Below, in pieces: positions 38,050 through 50,021 of a stretch of DNA of 64,000 nt; the first letter of the stretch is position 1, and every line of letters starts with the position of its first letter. The DNA lies in IMG/VR virus record IMGVR_UViG_3300020388_000009, one strand, 5' to 3'. Position numbers and translations under genes: made by a program. Source of the DNA: a virus (taxonomy: Duplodnaviria > Caudoviricetes). The notes beneath the pieces are model-generated. The model was not told where the DNA came from, searched no databases, and saw only the letters and a list, made by a program, of their open reading frames with translations.

Positions 38050-38711
38050 ATTGTTTTATTGTTTTTTTGTTCAGATTGTAACCTGTTAATTATTTTATTA
38101 CACATCAATGATATCGTTTTATTATATTCATAATCTGGAGTACCATATAACACTTGGTCTATCATATCAGATAACGCGTCATTACTATTTTCTGTGTTAG
38201 TAAAATCTATGTCATTAATTTTATGTATTCTATTATCTGATACGTTGTATGTAAACTTTATATCTTCGTAAGGATATTTCCAATACGGCCATAGTAAATA
38301 TAAGTCGTGATATAGCAAATCATATAACGTGTTATCACTTATCTTATTCCATCTAACGGTTATAGGTTTAGTTAAATTCTTGATATGCTTTTTTTCTGTT
38401 CTATAATTAAATACATCATCTACATATAATTTAACGCCATATTCATCTGCTAAATCAAATAATTCTTTTGATTGTTCATATGTAAGAGTCAATGGCTTTT
38501 CACAGAATACATTTTTTCTATGCATGATACATTGCTTGACTATATCATAATGTGTATTATTAGGCGTGGCAACAAATGCCCAATCAATAGAATCTAATTT
38601 AGATATATACTCATCTTTACTAGTACATATAAATACTATATTACATATAGATTTTAATTTACGTTCAAGTATCTTACCCCAATATCCATGACCTAATAAA
38701 CCTACTCGCAT
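38046..38711 (-). CDS. Gfo/Idh/MocA oxidoreductase
   Basis: GHGYWG, ATPNNTH, VFCEKP, DLLYHD. Confidence 0.85.
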   Translation of the reverse strand: MRVGLLGHGYWGKILERKLKSICNIVFICTSKDEYISKLDSIDWAFVATPNNTHYDIVKQCIMHRKNVFCEKPLTLTYEQSKELFDLADEYGVKLYVDDVFNYRTEKKHIKNLTKPITVRWNKISDNTLYDLLYHDLYLLWPYWKYPYEDIKFTYNVSDNRIHKINDIDFTNTENSNDALSDMIDQVLYGTPDYEYNKTISLMCNKIINRLQSEQKNNKTI

Positions 38712-39679
38712 ACCATCCTCTTTATCTCTTGTCCTAATTTATGACATGTTGAAACTTTACCAGATAATACATTTATGACTTTTGGATGTTCTTTATATGT
38801 AAATATTTCTGATAACCTTTCATCGTTATTATTTATTGGCAACGCTCTTTCTGTTCTCCAATAACCTAACCGTTCTACATTTTTTAGAAATGGTAAATAC
38901 TTTTCTGACTCTGAATAAATTGTATCAATATCTAATTTTCCATTTTTCATTAATGAATGTTTAACACTGTATAATAAAAATTCGTTTGGATTATTTCCTT
39001 TTGGCATTACACTACAAAATGGCCCATCCATGATAGTTACTCCAAATGGTTTTGATTTCATTTTAAAATATGGAATAACTACATCTTGTAATTTTAATTT
39101 TAATTCAGGTACTCCTAACAATTTATTAACTTTATTTATACTTGCATATGTCGTATTTATTAAATAATCACAATCATCTATATTACCATCAAATTTAGTA
39201 TTAAATTTTATATCAATATCTTTAACAAATTCTTTTACTAATGATTTTAAAATATCATAATCAAATATACATTCGTCCGTATTAATAGATAAATCAATTA
39301 AATTGTTATTAACTAATGAATTATCTGGTATATCATATGTATAATCTATTTGAACATTATTACAGAAGTTAATATATTGATCCCGAGATATATGACTATC
39401 ATTCTTAGCTATCATATAATAGTTTGGGAAATGAGATACTATAGCTTCTTTATAGTTAGTAAGGAATGATACTAATCCATCTAAACTTTGTTCAGCAGTT
39501 TCCTTACTTCTAGGATAGTGATATCCCAGATGGAGCCTATTATGATTACATTTTGAAGCTCGTTGCATAATATCCGAGTCTTGTTCGATTATTACTACAT
39601 TATGGCCGGCTCGTTGTAATTCATATCCGATAACACATCCAAATAATCCAGCTCCTATTATTTTTATTTTTTTACTCAT
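38702..39679 (-). CDS. FAD-dependent oxidoreductase
   Basis: IIGAGLFG, ASKCNHNRLHLGYHYPRS, MDGPF, SGK; probable start MSKKIK. Confidence 0.8.
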   Translation of the reverse strand: MSKKIKIIGAGLFGCVIGYELQRAGHNVVIIEQDSDIMQRASKCNHNRLHLGYHYPRSKETAEQSLDGLVSFLTNYKEAIVSHFPNYYMIAKNDSHISRDQYINFCNNVQIDYTYDIPDNSLVNNNLIDLSINTDECIFDYDILKSLVKEFVKDIDIKFNTKFDGNIDDCDYLINTTYASINKVNKLLGVPELKLKLQDVVIPYFKMKSKPFGVTIMDGPFCSVMPKGNNPNEFLLYSVKHSLMKNGKLDIDTIYSESEKYLPFLKNVERLGYWRTERALPINNNDERLSEIFTYKEHPKVINVLSGKVSTCHKLGQEIKRMVCE

Positions 39680-40697
39680 TTGATATTGAATCCATATTAC
39701 TAAAAATATTGTACCAGTACATGCATAATTTATGATAATCATATTCTAATGTATATGTACTCCTCATATTATCATTAATATAAGAAAAATTATTATAATT
39801 TACTAATACTTTCTCTAATTGTTCAATTAAATTTGAACAATCGTAATTAAATGGAATATATGTCTCATTTTCCTTCCATACATTTGAACCAAAATCGAAT
39901 CGGGACATATCTTCTTTGCAAATGATAGTACCTAACTGCATAGCTTCTCCATCACCCTGACGTATTTCTCCCATACCAAAAGGTGAGATACATATTTTTG
40001 AATTATATAAAGTTTGTATATATTCATTAAATGGTAATTGTCCAGTAACTATACGATACTTATCTGATATTTTATCTAACTCTGTAAATATATCTTTTCT
40101 ATGTGATATATACATTTCATCATTACGTACTAAATGATCATAACTTACATCTCCATCTGCTCTAAAAATAGCACAAACGTCTATTGGTTTTTCTTTACTA
40201 GGCTCATATAAATTTCTATGACTTGGAACATTACTCATCATGTTCCATCCAGTCAGTTTAATTCGATCCCATTTATCAACTGGAATATCATATGATAAAT
40301 CTAAATCAGAGTTATTCCCAAAGTACCATTTATTAAATGCTTTAGGTATTTTATAATCATTTTTATTTCTATGTAGTTGATTTTTAAATAAGTATATAGC
40401 ATTGCTCTGATCAAATACTTCATATGCGCCCATTAGCGAATGAGAATCGGATCCATCAAATAAAAAGTAATCACCGGTAATTTTTGATAAGTTTTCTAAT
40501 CCTTTATCAATGCTATCTTGTAATGAAACTCGTTTATCAATAAAATCTGACATTCCGATAAATAAATAATCATAATCATCGGATTCGGTGATATCAATAC
40601 TATAATCACGTAACATGTCTTTAACAAATAATAACGGGCGAAATGTTGGTTCATTTCTACCTACAAATGGATTTTGAATCTTTATTTTAAGACTCAT
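39672..40697 (-). CDS. GT-B-like glycosyltransferase
   Basis: SKICISPFGMGE...ETYIP; paralog of the next gene. Confidence 0.6.
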   Translation of the reverse strand: MSLKIKIQNPFVGRNEPTFRPLLFVKDMLRDYSIDITESDDYDYLFIGMSDFIDKRVSLQDSIDKGLENLSKITGDYFLFDGSDSHSLMGAYEVFDQSNAIYLFKNQLHRNKNDYKIPKAFNKWYFGNNSDLDLSYDIPVDKWDRIKLTGWNMMSNVPSHRNLYEPSKEKPIDVCAIFRADGDVSYDHLVRNDEMYISHRKDIFTELDKISDKYRIVTGQLPFNEYIQTLYNSKICISPFGMGEIRQGDGEAMQLGTIICKEDMSRFDFGSNVWKENETYIPFNYDCSNLIEQLEKVLVNYNNFSYINDNMRSTYTLEYDYHKLCMYWYNIFSNMDSISNE

Positions 40698-41703
40698 TTT
40701 CAACTCCATTTAAGTTCGCGAACATGTTATACCAATACATGCATACATTTTCATATGAGTACATCTCTACTAATTTTTTTCTAGCATTTTCTAAAATATG
40801 TAAATAATCGTTATAATTTCCTAATACCTTTTCAATTGTTTCATTTAAATCTGACCAATCAGGTTTTACTGGAATATACGTTTCCCATGGTTTATAAAAA
40901 TCTGGTTTTGTTATTACTTTACTCATATCTGGCTTTATTAATAATGAACCGTGTTGAATGATTTCTAAATCACGGTAACAAACTTCGCATTGACCATATG
41001 GTGATATTCCTATTTTAGATCGACTCATTATGTCAGTCGTTACCTGTGGATGTAACTTTTCAGCTACTATTTTATATTTATTTGATATTTTATTTAACTC
41101 ATTCCATGCACCTAATCTATGATTAGTATATAATGCACCACTCTCAACAGCGTCAAACTCCCATGCTTCACCTGGATGATAAGTTTGCCATACAGCGCAG
41201 ATATCTAAATCTTTTTCTTTGATAGGCCGCAACTGTTGCATTTGTGGCCAATTATGACATACCGTATATCCTAATAAATTAATACGGGCATATTCTTCAT
41301 CGGATATATCATAACCTTTATCTAATTTAGATCCATTTCCAAAAAACCATTTACCAGCCGCAGTCGGTTCTTTATAATCTTGTTGTGATAGCATAGATTT
41401 TTTAAGCAACGATATCGCATTCGATTCTTTAAGAACTTCATAGGCACCTACTATATCAGTCGCGCCGCCGCCATGGACTAGAAAATAATCTCCAGATTTA
41501 TTAGCTAATGCATTTATCCCTAACTCTATACTCTCTTCTAATGGTTTCCTTTTAAACATCCATTGATTCATATCAATTAATTCATAATCATAATCATTAG
41601 AATTAGTTAATTGTATACTGTATTGAGGTAACATGTTTTGTGCAATTAGTAATGCACCAAAACATTTAATGTTTTTTGGGTCTGATAATTTTACTTTAAT
41701 CAT
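40687..41703 (-). CDS. GT-B-like glycosyltransferase
   Basis: SKIGISPYGQCEVCYRDLE...LLIKPDMS...ETYIPVKPDWSDL. Confidence 0.6.
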   Translation of the reverse strand: MIKVKLSDPKNIKCFGALLIAQNMLPQYSIQLTNSNDYDYELIDMNQWMFKRKPLEESIELGINALANKSGDYFLVHGGGATDIVGAYEVLKESNAISLLKKSMLSQQDYKEPTAAGKWFFGNGSKLDKGYDISDEEYARINLLGYTVCHNWPQMQQLRPIKEKDLDICAVWQTYHPGEAWEFDAVESGALYTNHRLGAWNELNKISNKYKIVAEKLHPQVTTDIMSRSKIGISPYGQCEVCYRDLEIIQHGSLLIKPDMSKVITKPDFYKPWETYIPVKPDWSDLNETIEKVLGNYNDYLHILENARKKLVEMYSYENVCMYWYNMFANLNGVENES

Positions 41704-41716
41704 TAACTATACTTTT

Positions 41717-42349
41717 TTATATTGTATCATAAAATTTATTCTGCTCTTCTTGCCTTCCTATATCCTTTGCATGGTATAACGCATATTTTTCCTCGGCTGG
41801 TAAGTTAGCAAATTTAGTATATCCTTTCAATTGTTCATGTACGGGCTTTATCCAATATATATGTTCTGAATTTTTATATAATCGCATTTGCCAGTCCGGA
41901 AAGTTTACCCAATTGTTCTCATCTACGCGCCAGCCCCATTTTTGTATATGAGAATCTGTGATGCCTGCTACTGTATTCACTCTTGGTATCCAATAAGCCT
42001 CTGTATCTGGATTAGCTTCTAAAATAAATGGGAGTGCTTCAATGAGGTATTCGTTTGGTAGTTCATCTGCATCAATTTGAAATATCCAATCTCCTTTACA
42101 ATTTGAATTCAATTTATTTTTATATTGAGCAAAGTTTTTATTTAATGCATATGAATAATGATGATAACCGGCGTATTGAACCTTGCTTTCATGACTTTCT
42201 AATACATCATAAACTTCTACTGTAGTTTTACCGTTATCTGTCTGTACTACAATTTCATCCTGTTCTCGTTTATGTTTTATCAGAAATTGTAATAATTTAT
42301 CTAACTCTTTATGTTCATTCCAAGCAGTAATTGCATAACTAATCTTCAT
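41717..42349 (-). CDS. Glycosyltransferase family 2
   Basis: ISYAITAWNE, WIFQIDADE, PDWQMRL, VHE. Confidence 0.8.
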   Translation of the reverse strand: MKISYAITAWNEHKELDKLLQFLIKHKREQDEIVVQTDNGKTTVEVYDVLESHESKVQYAGYHHYSYALNKNFAQYKNKLNSNCKGDWIFQIDADELPNEYLIEALPFILEANPDTEAYWIPRVNTVAGITDSHIQKWGWRVDENNWVNFPDWQMRLYKNSEHIYWIKPVHEQLKGYTKFANLPAEEKYALYHAKDIGRQEEQNKFYDTI

Positions 42350-42818
42350 TATTTACCTCCAATACTATCGAATACAGTTCATCTAATGCGGCTTTAAAGT
42401 TATACTTGCCATATGTCTTAGCATTATCAACATCTAGCCTTGAAGGAAAATATTCACCAGGTTTATTTGGTATTGGATATTTTAATTGTTCTTCTTCATT
42501 CATGTCAATAACAGATGCTATTTTCCATACAAGTTCATTATCCTTAGGCTCGCAGTATATCATACCACCGGGTAAATTTATAAAAGTAGGATACCATACA
42601 CATCCCAATTCTATATCAACATGTTTCATTTCACTCATATACTCGGTAATAGTTGATTCAAATTTTGTAATATGATCAGAATTAATTTTTAGATAATCAT
42701 TAGTTGTATATCCAGATTCCATGCATATACGCGATTCAATATTTGTATTTTCATCAGCCTCTATTAATACACATTTATTACCTGTGATAGGTGATATTTC
42801 ATCGTAATTTAAATTCAT
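42339..42818 (-). CDS. Hypothetical protein
   Basis: 159 aa, overlapping both neighbours. Confidence 0.6.
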   Translation of the reverse strand: MNLNYDEISPITGNKCVLIEADENTNIESRICMESGYTTNDYLKINSDHITKFESTITEYMSEMKHVDIELGCVWYPTFINLPGGMIYCEPKDNELVWKIASVIDMNEEEQLKYPIPNKPGEYFPSRLDVDNAKTYGKYNFKAALDELYSIVLEVNNED

Positions 42819-44137
42819 GCTTCTACCTTTTTAAGTTTTGGTAAATTTATTTTTGGTGACCCTACCTTTTTAAGTTTTGGTAAATTTAAAGACATTTGTT
42901 GAGGTACTGTCTGTAATCCGGTATCTACAATCTCGCAAAATTTTTCTGACATTAAATCTAGATTAAAATTAGTTTTTACATGATGAGATTGTTTTCTAGC
43001 TTTAGTTAAATATTGCTTGTAATCAGATACACAGTCTTGTAATACACGAACTGCATAACCATAATCAACAGTAAACCACGTCGAATCTTTCAATATAAAA
43101 TTATCTATAACAGAATTATGTACTGGAGTTTGTTCACCTGGTAATAATGTACAATAATCTTTATGTAAAAAATCTAAATGACCTGACCAATTACTAGCAA
43201 TAATTGGCTTACCAGTAATACCAAATTCTAATAAAGGTCGACCAAATCCTTCACCTTTAGTAAATGAAATCATTGCATTAATCTTTGGATGATTGTATAA
43301 TGAATTCATTTCTTCATCGGTTAAGTCTCCATGCAGTAAATAAATGTTTGGAGCTTTATTACCATATGGCTCCATAATCTGCTGAACTTTTTTCATTATC
43401 TCATCACGATCAATAATTGAAAATGTTGCATGCGATGTTTTTAAAATTAATGCTGGTCTATTTTTAGGCATTTTATTTTTAAATGACTCACAGAACGTTT
43501 TGATCATCATTCCAACATCTTTTCGATCCTGCCCCATAGCACCTTTTAACCAATGCCCGGTATATAAAAAACAAAAGTCATCTTTAATATCCTTTAATTC
43601 GGATAACACTGTATCATGAATTTTAGTTGTTTTCTTGTATACGTTTAAATCTAATCCTTCAAATAAAACTTGAATAGGCTTATTTAATCGTAATTCACCA
43701 GTTTTTTGCTTTGTTTTTTCATCAATTGCATCATATACAGTGTTTACAAATCCATCTTTAGAATGTTCAGATGTTACAATATTCATATCCATACGGTTAC
43801 ATCCTTCAATCCATTCATGTGCTACTCTGTTTGTTTCTATACCAGCTGTTATGCCTATGTTATATTTTCCAAGAGCTTGAAATTCATTTGGTACAGAAAT
43901 TTGTATAAATACATCTGGCTTCCTATTAATATTTTGTGTTGCAATTCTATCAATTATTGCTTTATGATTAGGATCTTCTACAAGTAATGCATTAGTGGGA
44001 CATGATCCCCATGGCAATGATACAATTTGAATATCATATTTATTTGCTTTAATTAAAGCTGTTACTAAATCTCTTGTATGGTTTCCATAACCTGACCGAG
44101 TTGAAACTGGTCCTTGTACTACTATAAATGGTTTCAT
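42815..44137 (-). CDS. GT-B (GT4-like) glycosyltransferase
   Basis: RSGYG, DRKD, GEGFGRPLLE; probable start MKPFIVV. Confidence 0.8.
   Translation of the reverse strand: MKPFIVVQGPVSTRSGYGNHTRDLVTALIKANKYDIQIVSLPWGSCPTNALLVEDPNHKAIIDRIATQNINRKPDVFIQISVPNEFQALGKYNIGITAGIETNRVAHEWIEGCNRMDMNIVTSEHSKDGFVNTVYDAIDEKTKQKTGELRLNKPIQVLFEGLDLNVYKKTTKIHDTVLSELKDIKDDFCFLYTGHWLKGAMGQDRKDVGMMIKTFCESFKNKMPKNRPALILKTSHATFSIIDRDEIMKKVQQIMEPYGNKAPNIYLLHGDLTDEEMNSLYNHPKINAMISFTKGEGFGRPLLEFGITGKPIIASNWSGHLDFLHKDYCTLLPGEQTPVHNSVIDNFILKDSTWFTVDYGYAVRVLQDCVSDYKQYLTKARKQSHHVKTNFNLDLMSEKFCEIVDTGLQTVPQQMSLNLPKLKKVGSPKINLPKLKKVEA
42823..42888. repeat. 27-bp direct repeat encoding NLPKLKKV twice
   Basis: CTACCTTTTTAAGTTTTGGTAAATTTA at 42823 and 42862. 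Confidence 0.9.
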
Positions 44138-45594
44138 TATACTACAACTCCTGGATTTTCTATTTTCTTTTCTTGTTCTATTTTGTACATGGTAAATCGC
44201 TTTCTTGGCGTCCATTTTTCTAAACATGTATTAATACAATTGGCCATTAATTTACTCATACCAGTCGCTGACATGTTTGATTCATCTCCGCAAACCCAAT
44301 CATGACCTACTCGACCATTAGACTCACGGTCTGCTTTTTCCATATCATACCAATAATACATTGCATCTGCAACATCGCGGAAATCAACTCTATCATCAAA
44401 TATATAAGGAGTCATAGGCGATCCTTGTAATGACCGATTAGTCGGGAATACTGGCTTTACCCACTCAGCATGCACTTTATATGTTCCGTCATGATTAGAA
44501 GGAAAATGAGTATCAAATTCAATCCAATCACCTGTTGCATTTTCAAATCTACAACCATCTTGCAATCCACCGGTTACATTATTAATAATCGGAGTGCCGG
44601 CATGTAATGATTCACACCAAGATATCCCAAAACCTTCATTGGATGCAATATTAACAGTTACATCGGCCATGTTATAATAATAATTTAAGACACGAGTATC
44701 CACTGCCTTATCGCTAAAGATTATTTTATAGTCTGGGCATAATGCTTTCTTAACTGCAAATAAATCAGTACCATTATCATCTCTTATCTGAGTATGCATG
44801 AACAATGCACATTTACTAGACTTTTCTTTTGGTAATTTATCACAAAATTCTTTATAAGCGATAATTAAATCACCTGGCTGTTTTCTTCTAATATTTCTAT
44901 TGTTCCAGAAAAATATAAAATCAACATCATTAGTCTTTTTAAATTCATTTGAAAATTTTTCAAATTCATTATATTCTTTATGTAATGATGTAATTGGAAA
45001 AAATTTGTTAACATTTACTCCATGTGGTACCCATTGTACAGCCCAGTCTGGTTTTGGGAATTTTTGTAATACATTTTTTACAATATTATTTGTTTGTCTG
45101 GAAATGTTCATTAACAGATCACATGATTCATAAAAAGGTTCATTCCAATGTGGATATGGAAGATCATCCCAAATATTGTAATACATGATTGGAACATGTT
45201 GCCGAATTTGATGTTCTATTTGATATAACCAGCCCCAAAACCTAGGATCGGTAAAATGTAGAATAGCATCAGGCTTCTCTATGTTCATTATCTGTTGCAA
45301 TATATTTGCATTACCATAACCATCACATGGATATATTTTTAAGTACGCATCATCAACGCCAATTTCTTTACGAACGTCATTAGATAAATCTAAAACTTTA
45401 CCAGATTCTGGATGTTTAATTGCCGCGCCAAGTTGACACCAATCATATTGGTCTAATGTGCCCATTACAAATTCACGAGACATTGTACCAATTCCGGAAT
45501 GCATTCGTAAATCATCTGATAATAATAATATTTTTTTCTTTTTTTGTTTGTTAGGATCTATCTTCCTAAGCTTAGGTAACTTTATTGGTTCCAT
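44137..45594 (-). CDS. GT-B (GT4-like) glycosyltransferase
   Basis: HSGIG, VPHGV, NRNIRRKQ, NEGFGISWCES; TATTTATA at 45617-45624. Confidence 0.8.
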   Translation of the reverse strand: MEPIKLPKLRKIDPNKQKKKKILLLSDDLRMHSGIGTMSREFVMGTLDQYDWCQLGAAIKHPESGKVLDLSNDVRKEIGVDDAYLKIYPCDGYGNANILQQIMNIEKPDAILHFTDPRFWGWLYQIEHQIRQHVPIMYYNIWDDLPYPHWNEPFYESCDLLMNISRQTNNIVKNVLQKFPKPDWAVQWVPHGVNVNKFFPITSLHKEYNEFEKFSNEFKKTNDVDFIFFWNNRNIRRKQPGDLIIAYKEFCDKLPKEKSSKCALFMHTQIRDDNGTDLFAVKKALCPDYKIIFSDKAVDTRVLNYYYNMADVTVNIASNEGFGISWCESLHAGTPIINNVTGGLQDGCRFENATGDWIEFDTHFPSNHDGTYKVHAEWVKPVFPTNRSLQGSPMTPYIFDDRVDFRDVADAMYYWYDMEKADRESNGRVGHDWVCGDESNMSATGMSKLMANCINTCLEKWTPRKRFTMYKIEQEKKIENPGVVV

Positions 45595-45653
45595 TAAATT
45601 CTCCGAATAACTTTATTATAAATATACAAAAAGCGTTCTTAACCACCTTTTTA

Positions 45654-45872
45654 TTATTGCTTTTTTAAGTTAATTATCCCATATACGTTTATTGCAATTA
45701 TCACTAAACTTAATACTAAATGGCTAAAATTAGTAATGTAGAAGTCATATGTAATCCAACCAATATCACCAACTATCCATGTTATCATAGCATAATGAAA
45801 TTTACCTTTGGCATTAAGACCAAATCCTATTAACACTAACGCTGTACTTATCCAACCTAAAATTTCTATCAT
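45654..45872 (-). CDS. Small three-TM membrane protein
   Basis: ILGWISTALVLIG...INVYGI. Confidence 0.6.
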   Translation of the reverse strand: MIEILGWISTALVLIGFGLNAKGKFHYAMITWIVGDIGWITYDFYITNFSHLVLSLVIIAINVYGIINLKKQ

Positions 45873-46270
45873 ACAATAATTGTTACTGGTTTATTTAATT
45901 TTTTAGCTTTTTTAATTGCACTCATCGATCCATTAGATGATTCTTGTTCACTAATAAATGCTATCATGACATCACAATCTCGCGCAATCAACATGTTGCG
46001 ATGATGAAATTGTGATACATGATATGGTTTACCGTAATAATCATCTGACATAGCAGAGTATAAATTTTTAGTAGTATGTGCTGGATTAAATTCTTTATAT
46101 CGAATTCCAAATTCTAATGCATACTTTCTTGCAAATTTATCTGCTCCGTATTTAGCACCACCAGATATTATTATTAAATCTGAGCCAAACTTTTGTTTTA
46201 ATTGAAATAAAGTATCCTTTATACGACGTATATTTGCATAATCTCTACTTCCAATTAACGCAACTTTCAT
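45869..46270 (-). CDS. SLOG/DUF2493 (YspA-like) protein
   Basis: IGSRDY, ISGGAKYGAD, RNMLI, SNGS. Confidence 0.75.
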   Translation of the reverse strand: MKVALIGSRDYANIRRIKDTLFQLKQKFGSDLIIISGGAKYGADKFARKYALEFGIRYKEFNPAHTTKNLYSAMSDDYYGKPYHVSQFHHRNMLIARDCDVMIAFISEQESSNGSMSAIKKAKKLNKPVTIIV

Positions 46271-46524
46271 TATTTTTTAGGGGTAGGCTGCGGTACTTCT
46301 ACTTCTGACGTTGCTGGAGTTGCTGGTTGCATCATATTTTGCAACGTTGTTAAATAACCATCTGCATCGGATATTTGTTTTAACAACTTATCACATTCCG
46401 CTACAATATCTGGATGTTCACCAATACCAGCTGGGTTTGTTAAATAATTTTGTAAATTGGCAGCTGCTTCTAATTTACTAGCCATGTACTTTGCGTTTAA
46501 CGCTTGAACAATTTGTTGTGTCAT
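46270..46524 (-). CDS. Conserved phage hypothetical protein
   Basis: YLTNPAGIGEHPDI motif. Confidence 0.65.
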   Translation of the reverse strand: MTQQIVQALNAKYMASKLEAAANLQNYLTNPAGIGEHPDIVAECDKLLKQISDADGYLTTLQNMMQPATPATSEVEVPQPTPKK

Positions 46525-46526
46525 TT

Positions 46527-47462
46527 TTAACCTTTTATTCTATTTGACATTGGACATAGATCTTCACGATCTTTGAATTCGCAATATTTGCAATTCTTCT
46601 TATTTTTACCTGCCATTGCAGGATACTCTTTATTTAAATTATAATTGCCTTCACTATCAAAACTAGATTCTACAAAACCTTTTATAGAACGAGCTAATTT
46701 ATTTCTAGTTGGTTTACCACTTGCTGGCATAAATTCTGTTATACGTTTTTGAGGAAACATTGCACCGTCAATCAATTTACGTTTAAGAATCATATACTTG
46801 ATATCAATATTTTCTACATCATATCCATATTGTTCAGCAAAATATTTTTTATACAATACTAATTGAGATGTCTTTGTCTTATCAGCTTTCTGATATTTAT
46901 TCCATCCCATTGTACTAGTTTTAAGATCGATGATAGTTATTTTACCATCTCGTTTATCGCGAATAACAATATCTAGATAACCTAACATCATTATGTTATC
47001 ATTATCTTCATCAACTGGATGATAAATTTTAACTTCAATGCCTATCAATTCTTCATTCTTACGACTAAAATATGCTCCACGTTTTTTCTTGAACCAATCA
47101 ATAATTGCGACGCCGTCGTCATAAAATTCGTTCATTTCAAATTTATCAGAAAAATGATCATCCATCTTTGAAACAGCTTCTTTATAAAGATCCACCATTT
47201 GTTGTTTCAACATACCGTTAAGATCTAATGCATCTGCTTCTTTTACCGACTTTTCATACATTACAGTTAAATAATGTTGTAATGTTTCATGCATAGCTGT
47301 ACCAAATATGGTATGTATACTTTGACTAAATGTACGTAAACCTTTGGCATATGCCAATTCCCAATGCTTAGGACATGTTTCATACATAGCGTATTGTGAA
47401 TATGATATTCTACGCTCTCCAGGTATCGGCTCTCTCGCTCCGTATTTTAAAAATTTATTCAT
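46527..47462 (-). CDS. PD-(D/E)XK nuclease (RecB/Cas4-like)
   Basis: ISYSQ...CP, FGTAMH, GYLD, IIDLKT, QLVLY, CKYCEF...C; promoter at 47467-47498. Confidence 0.85.
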   Translation of the reverse strand: MNKFLKYGAREPIPGERRISYSQYAMYETCPKHWELAYAKGLRTFSQSIHTIFGTAMHETLQHYLTVMYEKSVKEADALDLNGMLKQQMVDLYKEAVSKMDDHFSDKFEMNEFYDDGVAIIDWFKKKRGAYFSRKNEELIGIEVKIYHPVDEDNDNIMMLGYLDIVIRDKRDGKITIIDLKTSTMGWNKYQKADKTKTSQLVLYKKYFAEQYGYDVENIDIKYMILKRKLIDGAMFPQKRITEFMPASGKPTRNKLARSIKGFVESSFDSEGNYNLNKEYPAMAGKNKKNCKYCEFKDREDLCPMSNRIKG

Positions 47463-47498
47463 ATACTAAATATAAGAAATATTTTTCAAAGTACCAAA

Positions 47499-47894
47499 TT
47501 ATTTACCCCAAATCTTTTTGGAAACTATTTGTGCTATCACTCCGTATATAGATAAATCTTGAAATGTATCTGTCTCGGCTTCTCCTACTTCGTCGCGATG
47601 TCCTAGCACAATTAACTGTTTCAGTCGTTGAACTTTATCATTAACTCTAAACCATAACCCTGTCAATGATAATTTAACATCATCATTAGTTTCTAAATTT
47701 GTACCTACAGATATATTACCAGGTCCATAATTTTTTTGTTTTTTGCAAAATAATACATATTGCTCATTCTGTATACGTTTAAATTCTGTACACGTCTTTG
47801 GATATTGGAGTTCACAATACTTAACTGCATCGGGTGTTTCAATTTCAATCGATTCTTTAAAATCTACACGAGGTCTATCTTTAATTGTTTTCAT
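47499..47894 (-). CDS. DUF1599 / nucleotide-modification-associated domain protein
   Basis: KKQKNYG, FRVNDKVQRL, DTFQDLSIYGVI. Confidence 0.7.
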   Translation of the reverse strand: MKTIKDRPRVDFKESIEIETPDAVKYCELQYPKTCTEFKRIQNEQYVLFCKKQKNYGPGNISVGTNLETNDDVKLSLTGLWFRVNDKVQRLKQLIVLGHRDEVGEAETDTFQDLSIYGVIAQIVSKKIWGK

Positions 47895-48337
47895 TTCAAT
47901 AACTTTTTTATTTCTTTATCAGTATGACCATATGTTTTAAGTAACTTAATTAAGTTATCACGACCGGATACAGTAGGCAATAATATACCGATAAATTCTT
48001 CAGCATCTGTTTTACCACATTGCAGGCAATTTGCTAAAAATTTAACTAACTCAGGATTATATTTGTCCACTTTTTTTCCTTTTATGTATTTAGCAAACAT
48101 ACGTTGTTTAGGTAGTATGTCATGATATAATTGATATACATGTTTCTTACTTAATGGACCTATTGTATATTGCTGAAACATATCTACAATTTCTATTAAG
48201 TCTGGATGCATGGATAGCCACCTATTAATTAAATATGGAGAAAACGATTTACGATCTAATTCAGACAACGTACTCCATGGAGTTTTCTTATTAGTTATAT
48301 TAGCTAAATGATCAAATATAGTAGCTGGTTTCTTCAT
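47891..48337 (-). CDS. Clamp loader small subunit (gp62-like)
   Basis: IFDHLANIT..K, FSPYLINRWLS, KYIK; replication context. Confidence 0.65.
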   Translation of the reverse strand: MKKPATIFDHLANITNKKTPWSTLSELDRKSFSPYLINRWLSMHPDLIEIVDMFQQYTIGPLSKKHVYQLYHDILPKQRMFAKYIKGKKVDKYNPELVKFLANCLQCGKTDAEEFIGILLPTVSGRDNLIKLLKTYGHTDKEIKKLLK

Positions 48338-49984
<1,647 letters not shown>

Positions 49985-50021
49985 TTATTTAAATATAAGA
50001 AAAATATTTCATTGTACCAAA

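Noticed and set aside
27770-45594. Host O-antigen or capsule locus (prophage boundary or contamination)
   Set aside because: No wzx, wzy, wzm or initiating transferase; it carries the same phage promoter motifs and is flanked seamlessly by phage genes.
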